Source of the DNA: Eledone cirrhosa
Taxonomy: Eukaryota
Direction: 5' to 3'
Assembly: GCA_964016885.1 (NCBI GenBank)
Contig: CAXHJY010001092.1
Coordinates: 1 to 64,000 of the forward strand
Length of the DNA: 64,000 nt
Shown here in pieces: positions 15,712 to 31,354 of this stretch. A program made the position numbers and the translations under genes. Under the pieces are notes generated by a model. The model saw nothing but the letters and a program-made list of their open reading frames with translations. It was not told where the DNA came from and searched no databases. Position 1 is the first letter of the stretch. The number at the start of each line of letters is the position of its first letter.

Positions 15712-15937
15712 GCTACTACTGTTACTACTACTACTACTACTTCTAGTAGTACTACTACCAACACTACAACTACCACTACTATTACTACTACAACTACCAC
15801 TACTATTACTACTACAACTACCACCACTACAAGTACTACAACTACCACTACTACTACTACCACCACTACTACCACTACTACCACCATTACTACTACTACA
15901 ACTACTACCACCTTTACTACTACTACAACTACTACTA
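15530..15937. repeat. (TAC)n degenerate microsatellite
   Basis: Direct reading. Confidence 0.95.
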
Positions 15938-16145
15938 GAAATGGAGACTATAGTATGGGCAAACACGTCCAGCTCTGGTCAAACACACACAGTAACCTTT
16001 TCATGTCTCGGCCCCCACTTCGGACAATATCCGCCCTCACTACTTCATTATTTTGACAGATCAAACGACCTGTCCACCCCGCCACCCTCATTCCACCCCG
16101 CCACATCCTGTCACATACACACACACACACACTGACATACAGCAG

Positions 16146-16178
<33 letters not shown>

Positions 16179-16248
16179 AATATATATATATATAAATATT
16201 TATATATATATAAATATATATAAAAATATATATATATATTTATATATT

Positions 16249-16305
<57 letters not shown>

Positions 16306-16433
16306 AAAAGTTCTATTTAAATTGTTGGGATACAACAAGCAAATATTTTTATAACTGATATAAAGCACTCAACAAATATTTGGAGTAAAAATACGATATT
16401 AACAAATGAAAACTATATTTATAAAACCATATT

Positions 16434-16499
16434 TATTTCATTATACATATTTCAAGGACACCAAGTTAAATTATGGTGTGCTTTCATCAGATAAAATAC
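16434..16499 (-). ncRNA. Hammerhead ribozyme, family A (left arm of palindrome)
   Basis: Reverse complement of 16635-16700. Confidence 0.8.
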
Positions 16500-16634
16500 A
16501 ATATAGATCAGTTTTATAAATAAATATTGACATACCCCTTAAAAAATGCAACCATTACTGTTGGGAGCTTCCAACAGTAATGGTTGCATTTTTTAAGGGT
16601 ATGTCAATATTTATTTATAAAACTGATCTATATT

Positions 16635-16700
16635 GTATTTTATCTGATGAAAGCACACCATAATTTAACTTGGTGTCCTTGAAATATGTATAATGAAATA
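16635..16700 (+). ncRNA. Hammerhead ribozyme, family A
   Basis: TATTTTAT-CTGATGA-AAGCACACCA..TGGTGTCCTT-GAAA-TATGTA-TA-ATGAAATA. Confidence 0.82.
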
Positions 16701-16740
16701 AATATGGTTTTATAAATATAGTTTTCATTTGTTAATATCG

Positions 16741-16807
<67 letters not shown>

Positions 16808-17044
16808 CGAAACATAAGTCAATTGCATGAAACTCATAATCCTTTATTTACTGCTATATATGTTTCGATGACAGCCAATGATAGTATATATACATATATA
16901 TATATATACAAGTACATATACATACACACACAAACAGACACACATATATACATATAAATGTGTGTGTGTGTCTGTGTGTGTATACAAGTACATATACGGG
17001 CACAGACACACACAAACGCACACACATAAACACACAAACAAACA

Positions 17045-17076
<32 letters not shown>

Positions 17077-17172
17077 GTTTATAGATTTTAGGTTTGTTTG
17101 GATTTTGTTATTATTATTATTGTTGTTGTTGTTATTATTATTGTATTTAGTGTAGTAATTGTGGTTACACTG

Positions 17173-18150
17173 CCACACCACCTCCACCTCCACCATTAAC
17201 ACCACCACCTCCACCACCACCATTAACACCACCACCTCCACCACCACCATTAACACCACCACCTCCACCACTACCACCACCACCTCCACCACCACCATTA
17301 ACACCACCACCTCCACCTCCACCATTAACACCACCACCTTCACCACTACCATTAACACCACCACCTCCACCACCACCATTAACACCACCACCTCCACCAC
17401 TACCACCACCACCTCCACCACCACCACCTCCACCACTACCACCACCACCTCCACCACCACCACCTCCACCTCCACCATTAACACCACCACCTTCACCACT
17501 ACCATTAACACCACCACCTCCACCACCACCATTAACACCACCACCTCCACCACCAACTCCACCATTAACACCACCACCTTCACCACTACCACCACCACCA
17601 CCACTACTACCACCAATAACACCAACACCTCCCCCACCACCACTACCACCAATAACACCACCACCTACCCCACCACCACTACCACCATTAACACCACCAC
17701 CTCCACCACCACCATTAACACCACCACCTCCACCACTACCACCACCACCACCACCACTACTACCACCAATAACACCACCACCTCCCCCACCACCACTACC
17801 ACCACTACCATTAACACCACCACCTCCACCACCACCATTAACACCACCACCTCCACCACCACCACCACCACTACTACCACCAATAACACCAACACCACTA
17901 CCACCACCTCCACCAATAACACCACCACCTCCCCCACTACCACTACCACCACTACCATTAACACCACCACCTCCACCACTACCATTAACACCACCACCTC
18001 CACCACCACCACCACCACTACTACCACCAATAACACCAACACCTCCACCACTACCACCACCTCCACCAATAACACCAACACCTCCACCACTACCACCACC
18101 TCCACCAATAACACCACCACTACTAATAACGACAACACCACCAACACTAC
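17173..18150. repeat. (CAC)n/CACCATTAACAC compound repeat
   Basis: Direct reading. Confidence 0.95.
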
Positions 18151-18195
18151 GGCCACCATTGAGAGTCGAACTCACGACCTAGCCTAACCACTAAA

Positions 18196-18230
<35 letters not shown>

Positions 18231-18400
18231 CACACCACAGCCAGACAGACCAACAGACAGGCGGTATAAGCAGCAGATTGTATGACATAAACAATATAGA
18301 AAGACTAACGATAAGAGACAAGAGAGGTTTGTTAAGCAATATGGCTGACGGAATGATAGCAACGAAAATGGAGGATATATATATTTATATATATACAGTG

Positions 18401-18467
<67 letters not shown>

Positions 18468-18470
18468 ATA

Positions 18471-18536
<66 letters not shown>

Positions 18537-18786
18537 ACGTGTGTGTATATATATATGTATACATATATGTATGTGTATATCTATATATATAATGTGTGGG
18601 TATATATATTTATATGTGTGTGAGTGTGTATATATATATATATATACATATATGTATGTGCATATATATATATATATAATATGTATGTGCATATATATAT
18701 ATATAATGTGTATGTATATATATAACGTGTGTGTATATATATATATATACATATATGTATGTGTATATCTATATATATAATGTGTG

Positions 18787-18826
<40 letters not shown>

Positions 18827-18858
18827 GTGTGGGTATATATATATATATATACCCACAC

Positions 18859-18918
<60 letters not shown>

Positions 18919-18923
18919 GTGTG

Positions 18924-18965
<42 letters not shown>

Positions 18966-18966
18966 A

Positions 18967-19025
<59 letters not shown>

Positions 19026-19374
19026 TGTATGTGCATATATATATATACTCACACACACTAATATATATATATAATATGTGTATATGTGTGTGTGTATATA
19101 TAGTTGGTGGTGGTCGTCGTTGTTGTTATAGTTGTTGTGTCCGTCGTGGTGGTAGGTATGTTTGTTGTTGTTCTCGTAGTGGTGGTGGGGAAGGGTTATA
19201 GTGGTGATGGTGAGAGGTTTAGTATGAGAGATGCTAACAATATGGCTGCCATTATAGCGGCTACAACACTAACATAATGGCGGAAAAGATAAATGATTTC
19301 TCTCATTGTTCGATATAGTCAAGGAAGCGAACCCACGTCACCTTTGACTCCATTGCTCGAACAATCAGTGATTT

Positions 19375-19562
19375 CTTCTTCTCCTCCTCCTGCCTTCTTC
19401 TTCTTCTTCTTCTTCTTCTTCTTCTTCTTCTTCTTCTTCTTCTTCTTCTTCTTCTTCTTTGCCTTCTTCTTCTTCTTCTTCTTCTTCTTCTTCTTTGCCT
19501 TCTTCTTCTTCTTTAAATTCTCCTTCTTCTTCTTCTTCTTTACATTCTCCTTCTTCTTCTTC

Positions 19563-19605
<43 letters not shown>

Positions 19606-19785
19606 TCTACTTCTTCTTTGCCTTCTTCTTCTTCTTCTTCTTCTTCTTCTTCTTCTTCCTCTCTTCTTCTTCTTCTTCTTTGACTTCTTCTTCTTCTTCC
19701 TCTTCTTCTTCTTTTTTGACTTCTTCTTCTTTGCCTTCTTCTTCACCATCTTCTATCTTTTTCTTTTTCTTCTTCGTCATTTTAG

Positions 19786-19818
<33 letters not shown>

Positions 19819-19852
19819 GCATGATTGTGAATGAGAGAGTACGACATCTGGT

Positions 19853-19916
<64 letters not shown>

Positions 19917-19932
19917 GGGCAAAGATAAGGAA

Positions 19933-19991
<59 letters not shown>

Positions 19992-20167
19992 TGGATGAAG
20001 AGGATGGGGAGGGAGGGAGGGAGGGAGGAAGAGGAGTAATTGTGTCTGTGTGATCTGAACTGAAGTGAACAGTTACGATTCATCATCCGAGATGGAGAGA
20101 GGAAGAGAGAGAGGGGGGCTCTAGAGAAGAGAAAATAGAGAGACACGGAGAGAGAAAGAGAGAGAGC

Positions 20168-20198
<31 letters not shown>

Positions 20199-20570
20199 GA
20201 AACTAGAGGGAGAGAGAGGAACTAGTGCATTAGAGAAGAGAAAGTAGAGGGGGGGGCTCTAGAGGAGAGAAAGTAGAGAGAGAGGGGGGAGAGGTTCTAG
20301 AGTAGAGAAAGTAGAGAGAGGAACTAGTGTATTAGAGAAGAGAAAGTAGAGAGAGAGAGAGTGGGAGAGGCTCTAGAGTAGAGAAAGTAGAGAGGGGGGG
20401 GTTCTAGAGAAGAGAAAGTAGAGAGAGAGGGGGGAGAGGGGAACTAGTGTATTAGAGAAGAGAAAGTAGAGAGAGAGAGAGAGGGAGAGGCTCTAGAGTA
20501 GAGAAAGTAGAGAGAGAGAGAGAGAGAGAGAGTAGAGAAAGTGGAGAGAGAGAGAGGAGGGAGGGGGGAG
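19375..20570. repeat. (TTC)n, (TTA)n, (GA)n, (GACA)n and CTAGAGTAGAGAAAGTAGAG minisatellite cluster
   Basis: Direct reading. Confidence 0.93.
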
Positions 20571-21802
20571 TTGTAATGAGTCGTGGGAAAAGGTATTGCA
20601 GATGATATTTATACCGGCCCAGCTGTAGCAGTATCTTAATAACCAGTGACTGGGGCGTTCACTATGAACAGTGTCAGAAACCAGTAGATTGAGAAACAAG
20701 ACAAGAGAATCTGGCGGAAGCTGGATTTTAACTGGGCTTAAATACCCGTATGTTATATGATAGTTACTTCCTGTGAAGACGTTATAGCTAATTTTAGCTT
20801 ACGTTTCGTAGCTGTGATAATTTCGTTTAATATCTATCTATCAATCTATCTATCTATCTATCTATATGTCAGCCTGTAGGTTGAGGAAAAAGAGGAAGAG
20901 AGGAAAGGGGTACAAACTCTTCGTACTCCTGGAGATGAGGGCTGCACATTTTTTCAGGGGTATGTGTTACCCATAAGAAATGTCTCCCCCTATTGGGGAA
21001 AATTGATTAATTTTTAAATTGCAGTATGTAAACTTCCCCCTTTGTATTTGTCCCCTTCTTTTGTGCCCCTGTGGCTAATAAAGAAACATATCTATCTATC
21101 TGCCTCTCTCTCTATATATATATGTTTATATATATATATATATTTTTTTTAGTCGATCGACTTTCGTCAAATCGGACCGAGGAAACAATGTTTCCGTTGG
21201 TCTTTCCAATTGCTAGTACTCTCTATCGGTCACAACTCCAGGTAGAAGGAGCAACGTGAAATAAAGTGTCTTGCTCAGTGAGTTATATGGTTTGTTGATT
21301 ATTCAACAAAGTTAATTTTACAACAGCTTAGAAGCACTCAACAGCATTTTATCTGGAGTATCATTAATATTAATAATATTAATAATATTAATAAATGGAA
21401 AATATCTTTATAAAACCATATTTATTTTATTATACGTATTTCAAGGGTACTAATAATTAAGTACGCTTTCGTCAAATAAAATATAATTGTTTCTACTTTT
21501 TGGCACAAGGCCAGCAATTACCCAGTGCATTACTGGTACTTTATTTTATCGACCCCGTAAGGATGAAAGGCAAAGTCAACCTCAGCGGGATTTGAACTCA
21601 GATCGTAAAGGGACGTAACTATGCTGGAAAGCATGGCGTCCGACCCTCTACCGATACTGCCAATCCACCACCCAATCCATATAATAATTGGTGTTAAGAT
21701 AGTGACATATCTTCATGTAAACTTAATGGTATAAGTCCAGTGAAGATAGTGAACTATCTTCACTGGACTTTGTTTTAAATTCATATCTTACGTCCATATT
21801 AC

Positions 21803-21878
21803 ATTTTCATTCTGATGAGCGACTTCAGACGTCTCTATTGAGCCCGTCTGTCTTCGTGAAACCTTTGGTAAATGGAAT
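21803..21878 (+). ncRNA. Hammerhead motif
   Basis: TTCATT-CTGATGA-GCGA.CAGACG..CGTCTG.TCGT-GAAA-CCTTTGG-TA-AATGGA. Confidence 0.65.
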
Positions 21879-22215
21879 AGTTTCTTATGTTGTTTATTAC
21901 ATAATTAAATAGCTCTTTAGCTTACATAGAGCACTCTCCTTTCCTTTACCCTTCCTACGGAAATACTTCATATATATATATAACAAAGGAATTGTGGTGA
22001 GGAACCAGATGGACCATAACGCACCAGAGTACTCAATACTTAGGGTAGTAGAGTGGGAAATAGGAAAAAGTATAACCCCAACGGCAGAGCTCAAGCCGTT
22101 TCGACGGCTATTTCTGGACTTTTATTCACCAGGCTAAAAATTCTAATTTAGTCCAGAAATAGCCGTCGAAACGGCTTGAGCTCTGCCGTCGGGGTCATAC
22201 TTTTTCCTATATATC

Positions 22216-22266
<51 letters not shown>

Positions 22267-22339
22267 ATGTATGTATGTATATATGTGTGTGTGTGTGTAT
22301 GTATGTATGTATATATATGCGTGTGCGTGCATATATATA

Positions 22340-22374
<35 letters not shown>

Positions 22375-22534
22375 ATATATATATGTGTATGTGTGTGTCT
22401 ATCTGTTTATGTATTTATTTGACAATAAATCAATCTTCCTCTATCTCTCTCCACTCTCTCATTTATATGTGTGTATGTGTGTGGCATGAGTAAAAATATA
22501 ACTATTTGCATGAAGAGAGCTATGTAGGGGCGCC

Positions 22535-22570
<36 letters not shown>

Positions 22571-22574
22571 CTGT

Positions 22575-22613
<39 letters not shown>

Positions 22614-22729
22614 ATGTTTTTTTCCTATTTTGTTCCCCAGAAACCTAGTTTAACCATAATTCATAGTTTCCTTTAATTTTAACATCCAAGAGAAATGTTT
22701 CACCTTCAAGGGGGGAGTCTACCACCTCA

Positions 22730-23403
22730 CACCAACACCATCAACACCAACATCAACATCAACACCAACAACAACAACAACGATACCACTAACAGCGTCA
22801 CCACCAACAACGATACCACGAAAAAAACCACTAACAGCGACACCAACAACAACAACAGCCACAACAACAGCGACACCAACAGCCAAAACAATAACAACCA
22901 CACCAACAACAATACCCACACCATCAGCAACAACGACACCACTAACAACAACCACACCACCACCAACACCAATTACAACGACACCAACAACAACGACACC
23001 AACAACAACAACAGCCACAACAACAACGACACCAACAGCCAAAACAACAACAACCACACCAACAACAATACCCACACCATCAGCAACAACGACGCCACTA
23101 ACAACAACCACACCACCACCAACACCAATTACAACGACACCAACAACAACAACGACGACACCAACAACAACAACAGCCACAACAACAACGACACCAACAG
23201 CCAAAACAACAACAACCACACCAACAACAATACCCACACCATCAGCAACAACGACGCCACTAACAACAACCACACCACCACCAACACCAATTACAACGAC
23301 ACCAACAACAACAACGACACCAACCACAACAACAACAACACCACCAACAACAACAAAAACAACAACACCAACACCAAAACCAACAACACCAACAACCACA
23401 ACA
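22730..23403. repeat. (CAA)n-derived repeat with three higher-order copies
   Basis: The marker CAATACCCACACCATCAGCAAC recurs three times. Confidence 0.92.
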
Positions 23404-24491
23404 GCACATTTTCTCTTTTGTTTGTTGTTGTTTTTTTAATATTTCTGTCTGACTGTCTGACTGTCTGCCTGTCTGACACAAACGTAAAAAAAAGGGAGCA
23501 GTAAAAAGGCGTTGCCATGACAACAAGGGAGGTAATAATGAAATATTGTTTCAGTGAAGCGTCGTTATTATTAAGCCAATCGTATGGCGTTCCCAGTGCT
23601 CTGTCAGTATTAACTGTCTGCCTGTCTTAAAGGTAGATAAATCATTGAGAAACTGGAATATTATAGAGAGCGCCGGGCAGTGAGTTAAAGAAGTTAGTTC
23701 TGTGATCGTCTGCAAATATTAATCCTTATTTGTATGAACTGGAAACATCTCTTTGATAATATCCTCACCCTTTCAGTTCAGTAGCAATAGATTATACATA
23801 TTTGGCAGCTACATGTGTTGTTGGGATGGTGGTGGTGGAGACGGTAGTGGTGGTGATGGTGGTGGTGGAGACGGTAGTTGGGGGGGGGGGGGGGGGGGGG
23901 GTAGTGGTGGTGGTGATGATGGTAGTGGTGGTGGTGGTGGTGAGGGAGGAATGATGTAGAAGGAGCAGTGAGCCGATTGTTAGATCTGACCCAGGAAACT
24001 TATCTTTCTGTTGTTCTTTCCATTGCTGATACTTCCGCCTTCCGGTTTGGAACTCTTGGCAAAAGAAGGCGGGATTTGAACTCAGAATCTAGAGAACAGG
24101 GTTAGATACCACGAGCTATATACAGCACACACACATATACAGACACACACATACACACACACACAGACAAACACATACACACACACACATACACACACAG
24201 ACAAACACATACACACACAGACACACACATACACACAGAGAGACTCTGACACGCGCACAGACAGAGATAAACACACACACACACTGACACAGACACGCGC
24301 ACAGATAGACATACAGACACACACACACACAGAAACATAGATACACACACACACATAGACACGCGCATACACAAACATGCAGACACATACATACATACAC
24401 ACAGTCACAGACACACACAGACAAACAAAGACACACACACACACATACATACCCGTCTCCTCAATCTTTCTGTTTCTTTTTTATTTCTCAT

Positions 24492-24535
24492 TCTATTTTC
24501 TGATGAAGGACTAGCGTCCGAAACGTTTAGACTCT
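24492..24535 (+). ncRNA. PLE-type hammerhead-like motif
   Basis: CTGATGA-A-GGAC-TAGC-GTCC-GAAACGTTTAGA. A 5'-truncated relative lies on - at about 58830-58880. Confidence 0.6.
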
Positions 24536-24843
24536 TTTCCTTCTATATCAAGTGTAAAACTAATAATATATGTCTTCATTTTACTGTGTTGTTTGCTTTG
24601 TTATTTCTGTGTGTGTGTGTGTGTGTGTGTGTTTATACATCCACACGAAGCGAAGAAGATATGTGTGTATATATGTAATAAAAGTGTGTGTGTTTGTAAG
24701 TATGAAGCTGTGAACAAATGTATGTGTATATAAGTGTGTGTATGTGTATATAAGTGTGTGTGTGTGTATATATATAAGTGTGTGTGTATGTGTATATAAG
24801 TGTGTGTGTGAGTGTGTGTACAGAGCTGTGAAGGTAAATATAG

Positions 24844-24905
<62 letters not shown>

Positions 24906-25059
24906 TGTTCTTTATAAGCTGTAAGAAAGTAAGTTTCTAACCATAACAGAGCCAAGGGAACCTAGGGAGTGAATGTGCGTGAGCAAGTATGACAACGGAC
25001 GGGGTAAAGGTGACAGTGGCAAGCAGTAGAGAAGCAAACATGAACGTATGTGTGTAAGA

Positions 25060-25272
25060 TTAAAGAAATTGGGGAGAGGAGTTGAGTCCATTGGGGAAAC
25101 TGGACCCGAGTCGGAAAATCAGATACTGCTCACTCTTGGTGCGTGAGGCCTGTGATCCGTGATGTGAAATGACACCAATGACTGAGACATGTAGGGAAGA
25201 GTAACCTGGAGAGCGGAAAGGACGAGTGACAGGAGTATCCATACTGAGTCGTATGTCCCGCAAAACGGTCCA

Positions 25273-25275
<3 letters not shown>
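25060..25275 (-). mobile_element. Penelope-like element GIY-YIG C-terminal fragment
   Basis: DIRLSMDTPVTRPF…SRTKSEQYLIFRLGSSFPNGLN* matches the R..EQ.LIF.LG...P.GLN end of PLE endonucleases. Confidence 0.75.
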
Positions 25276-25347
<72 letters not shown>

Positions 25348-26274
25348 CGCTGCTTTCACCGTTAAACTTTCATCTGTTATTTTAATGAATATTTGCTCTA
25401 AGTTTTTTATATATATTTATATATATATATTATCCTTATCGAGCCCTCTTCGGATTTTAGTCTTCACATTTATCATTATTGCTATATATAGGGCGATGGA
25501 TTGGCAGTATCGGTAGAGGGTCGGACGCCATGCTTTCCAGCATAGTTACATCCCTTTACGATCTGAGTTCAAATCCCGCCGAGGTTGACTTTGCCTTTCA
25601 TCCTTACGGGGTCGATAAAATAAAGTACCAGTAATGCACTGGTAATTGCTGGCCTTGTGCCTAAAGTAGAAACAATTATTGCTATATATAGTTCCAGACT
25701 CTTTATAATATAACCATACTCTACTACCCCAAGTATCGAGTACTCTGGTGAGTAGTGGTCTAACTAGCTTCAAACTGATTCCCTAACCCATAGAATTTGT
25801 CTCTAGCTTACATTTCTCCTCTTCGCCACCCCCATCTGAACTCTTGACCAGTCCATTAACACAATTGTGATACACACACATATTCACAGAAAATCTCCCT
25901 CTCCCTAAAAGCAACTACAACTACCACCACTACTACTACCACCACTACAGCTGCTGCCACTACTACCATGACTACTTCTCTATATACATACACAAGATTC
26001 CATTTTTCCAGTCTTCTTCTCAACAAGAGGTTGCTCCACCATATCCCACGCCCTTGCTCTTCGCCGTATAGTAGAACTAAAAAACCATGGCATGGAGGCC
26101 GTATTAGCATTTATCGATTTCCAGGGCCTATGAAGGAAGGTCTCCAGTCGGTACTTTGTTCCGGGGTCCAAGAACTAAGAAGGCCCCCATAGCAACCATG
26201 CAACATCCATTTTGAGAAAAATCTCTGCTTGCTTCGGGCCCCAAAGGGGTCTTGTACTGCTTTATAAAATTTCT

Positions 26275-26450
26275 CTTGCAGGCCCTGTCGATTTCCGAAA
26301 GGCCTTTGACTCCATCAATCGCAAGAAAATGCTAGATATTCTCAAAGCTTACGACATTTCACATGATGTAGTCAACGCTATCAGAATCATGTGCAGAATA
26401 CATCTGCAGTAGTAATGACGCCAGATGATGAAACTGATACATTTAAAATT
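26275..26450 (+). mobile_element. RTE-type LINE reverse-transcriptase fragment
   Basis: VDFRKAFDSINRKKMLDILKAY…TPDDETDTF. Confidence 0.75.
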
Positions 26451-26699
26451 AGTTCTATCGGTGTGAGTAAGGCTTAACAAATGTAGACCAGCTAAATCTA
26501 TTTCCCCCAGTTTGTTTTCAATCTCGGTCAAAGCTGTGTTATAATGTTCGTCTGAAAAAGTTACTTCTATGCCAGTTTTCGGGGACAAACGGTGCTTGCA
26601 AGCATGTCGGATAACGGATTAGTTGAAAACACGAAAAAACCTAGGGAAAAAAATGTCTCATCGCGATCCTCACCCAGGTTGTGGTTTTTCTCACATCTC

Positions 26700-27167
26700 A
26701 GATGTGTATGCAATGAAAGGCCTTATGTCTTTCAACAAGATTCTGCACCATCACACAAGGCTCAATTGACACAAGAATGGATGGCTGACAATTTGCATGA
26801 TCACATCACCCCCAACATCTGGCCTCCTAATTCTCCAGATCTCAATCTACTGGACTACTATGTATGGAGCATCATTGAGAAAAATCTCAATGAACACCCC
26901 CATAGCACCAAAGATTCTTTGAAAGCCACAATAGTTCGAGTCTGTCCGATATGAACAAGGACCACTTAATCCGAGCTTGTAAACAATTTTGACCCCGTGT
27001 AGGGGCAGTTATTGATGTTTATGGCGGTTTCATTGAATAAAATTATTAAATTGATAATTTAGCTTTATGTTTACGTTATTTTTATAAGAATACAGTTTTT
27101 TTTTCTGTTATTATATAAGCGTTTTTTTTAAACCATAAATCTGTCCCCAAATACCGTCCGCACCCTG
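26700..27167 (+). mobile_element. Tc1/mariner-superfamily transposon 3' half
   Basis: YVFQQDSAPSH…WPPNSPDLNLLDYYVWS…GGFIE*. Ends in a TIR-like ..CACCCTG followed by TA. Confidence 0.88.
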
Positions 27168-27188
27168 TATATATATATATATATACTC

Positions 27189-27219
<31 letters not shown>

Positions 27220-27336
27220 GATATATATATACATATATATGTATATAAATATACACATATATATATATACATATATATATACATATATATATATACATAT
27301 ATATATATACATATATATATACATATATATATATAC

Positions 27337-27517
<181 letters not shown>

Positions 27518-27586
27518 CATATATATATATACATATATATATATACATATATATATATACATATATATATATACATATATATACAT

Positions 27587-27731
<145 letters not shown>

Positions 27732-28037
27732 CATATAAAAACAAATAACGAAACGAAATTAAATTTCGTTTCATTTGTAACTCACTTTTGTATGACTGAC
27801 GCTTAAACAATTAAGTTAAAGATGTACATCCATATATGTATACTGAAATACTAGTATGTATATGAATACACACGCGTATACATATGTAGATGTACCAAGT
27901 TTTTTCACTGGTCACTTTACTGAGTGGCCAGCTATTCTGTATGTAAACACACATATGTATACGTGTGTGTATTCATATACATACTAGTATTTCAGTATAC
28001 ATATATGGATGTACATCTTTAACTTAATTGTATATAC

Positions 28038-28116
<79 letters not shown>

Positions 28117-28117
28117 C

Positions 28118-28272
<155 letters not shown>

Positions 28273-28313
28273 CATATATATATATACATATATATATATA
28301 CATATATATATAC

Positions 28314-28420
<107 letters not shown>

Positions 28421-28421
28421 C

Positions 28422-28899
<478 letters not shown>

Positions 28900-29695
28900 C
28901 CACCCTTGCAAGCAGGGAAAAGCGGACGTAAAATGATGATGATGATGATGATGATATATATACATATATACATATAAGAATAAAATAACCAGGATTAAAT
29001 TATTACATTAAATTATTTAATTGATTTACAAACGTTTCTATACACACACTTATATATATTTATATACATACATACATATACACACACATACCTCACCCCC
29101 GAAAGTGTCTTTCCATTTTGGAACTCTTCGATTAAAGAAATTACTTTTAGTAAGTTAGGCACTAAAATATAAACATTCCTGCATACAGGTTAGTAAACGT
29201 CCTTTAAAAAAATATAACTCTCTACCCTTATATATATATCTATAACTATTTTTATATATATATAACTATATATATATAATTACAATATATTTCGCCTATA
29301 TAATAAAGAACAGTTTCCTAGGCGGGGTTTAATATGATAAGTTTCTGGTTAAACTTTAGTACGTAGTAGTCTAATTATATATACAATACCAACAAACTTT
29401 CTAACGACTTCTGTTCACCGCTTATTGTGTTTATATAAACAACATAACTAAACTGCTATGCATTCCATTAAAAATGAAAGAACTGTTTCGTCGTTTCCTT
29501 CACACTCTCTCATATATATATATATTTAGGCACCCGTTTTACGTGTGTTGTGTTGAGGCAAATAACTATGTGTATACTCTGGTAATGTATCTTACATTGC
29601 CCATTGAGTGCGCTGAGATACAACAGGTACTGGCATTGATAAATATGCTGGGTCCGTCAACCCTTATTATTATATATATATTTATATATATACGC

Positions 29696-29880
29696 ACAGT
29701 TGTCCCCCGATATTCGCGGGGGCTGCGTTCCTAGAAACCTGTGAATGCATTCAATTAAAAATGAAACAACTATTTCGTCGTTTCCCTCGCTCTCAAATAT
29801 ATATACACATACACAGTTGTACCCCGATATTTGCGGGGGGTTACGTTCCTAGAGCACCTGCAAATATTGGACGTGGTCCA
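29696..29880 (+). mobile_element. Two Tigger/pogo-like TIR fragments
   Basis: Tandem CAGTTGT(C/A)CCCCGATATT(C/T)GCGGGGG(C/G)T..CGTTCC ends. Confidence 0.5.
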
Positions 29881-31354
29881 TAAAAATGCATATAAACGTC
29901 AAAACATATCGTATAATATAGGCCGGTAGATACGATAAATTGTTATTAATGATTTCCATGCTTTCCAGCATAGTTATGTCCCTTTACGGTCTGAGTTCAA
30001 ATCCTGCCGAGGTTAACTTTGCCTTTCATCCTTACGGGGTCGATAAAATAAAGTACCAGTAATGTACTGGGTAATTGATGGCCTTGTGCCAAAAGTAGAA
30101 ACAATTATTGATTTAGCATTAAAAAGTGTTGAAAATATAAATCGCGGAAGATATTTACTATTCCACGCACAATTATTAGTTAGGTTCTAAGGAAAATTCC
30201 GCGATTGCCGCTGGTACACTGTATATATATATATATATACACATATATATATATATATGTGTGTGTATGTGTGTGTGTATACACATGAACATAACGGTTA
30301 AAACACTTAATTGGCGCACCTTAAATTTATATATAAATAAAATATTGTTATACTTTGGGAGGGTCATGTTGCCAATAAGAAACACACTTAACATGTATAT
30401 CTACGGATATCCGTATAAATGAAAAGTATAGAAATTGTTGTAGCGAGAAGCTAACAGTATTCCATATATATATATATACACACACACACAGTCACGCTGG
30501 TTCCAGGCTTTCTGTTACTCTAGAGAGAGAGGGGGTGGGGAACGACGAAATAGTCTCATTTTTAATAGAATGCATAGAATATGTTGTTATATAAACACAA
30601 TAAACGGTGAATAGAGTCGTTAGAAAGTTTGTTGGTTTTCGTTATTTTTCTCTGTAATTTAGTCTCACTGATGTCAACTTTGTATTTTAGTATTTCGCAG
30701 TCGATAAAAAAGTACCAGACAAGTACCTCTCTCTCTCTCTCTCTCGCAGTAATACAGAGTACCCGACCTCCAATGGGTACAAGCTGAAGCATATAGACAA
30801 TATGCCCCCACACCCCCCACTGTAAAGTGGACGTGTAGGCGCCACGAAAAAGCACCCAGCCCACACTGTAAAGTGGACGTGTAGGCGCCACGAAAAAGCA
30901 CCCAGCACTCACTGTAAATGAGGTTGGTGTTAGGAAGGGCACCCAGCTGTAGAAATCAAGCCAGATCAGTTCCTGTATGAGCAAGGCATGGTCAGCCGAC
31001 CAGACACTGCCCACAACAGGACAACCCGTCTAACCCATGCTAGCATGGAAGAACGGACGTAAAACGGTGATGATGATGATGATCTCTCTCTCTCTATATA
31101 TATATATATATAAGTGGAAGCTTAGTAAAATCGAAGCTTTGGCTGTGGCCAAGCTCACGACCCACAATTAGGAATGAGCAGCAAAGCACTAAATAAGGTA
31201 GGCGCTTAGAGTAATAACATACGTTTAGACAGTTAGACAAATTGAAAATTACGGCAGGCAGACCTAGCCACATAATACCAAAAACAACGAAGAAACTAAT
31301 CAGGTTATATATATATATATATACTTCATTTAAAAAAGACACTAAATATATTAA

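Noticed and set aside
15482-18187. Thr-, Gly- or Val-rich mucin-like ORFs (also 12-13.5 kb and 22695-23504)
   Set aside because: Trinucleotide repeats open in several frames on both strands, with no signal peptide, domain or splice support.
21420-21485. Family-A hammerhead copy on -
   Set aside because: The core reads TTGACGA (C3 mutated); homologous but presumably inactive, so not listed as a feature.
25490-25680. tRNA gene
   Set aside because: It has A/B-box-like motifs but no cloverleaf and occurs many times with a common body and tail; it is a SINE.
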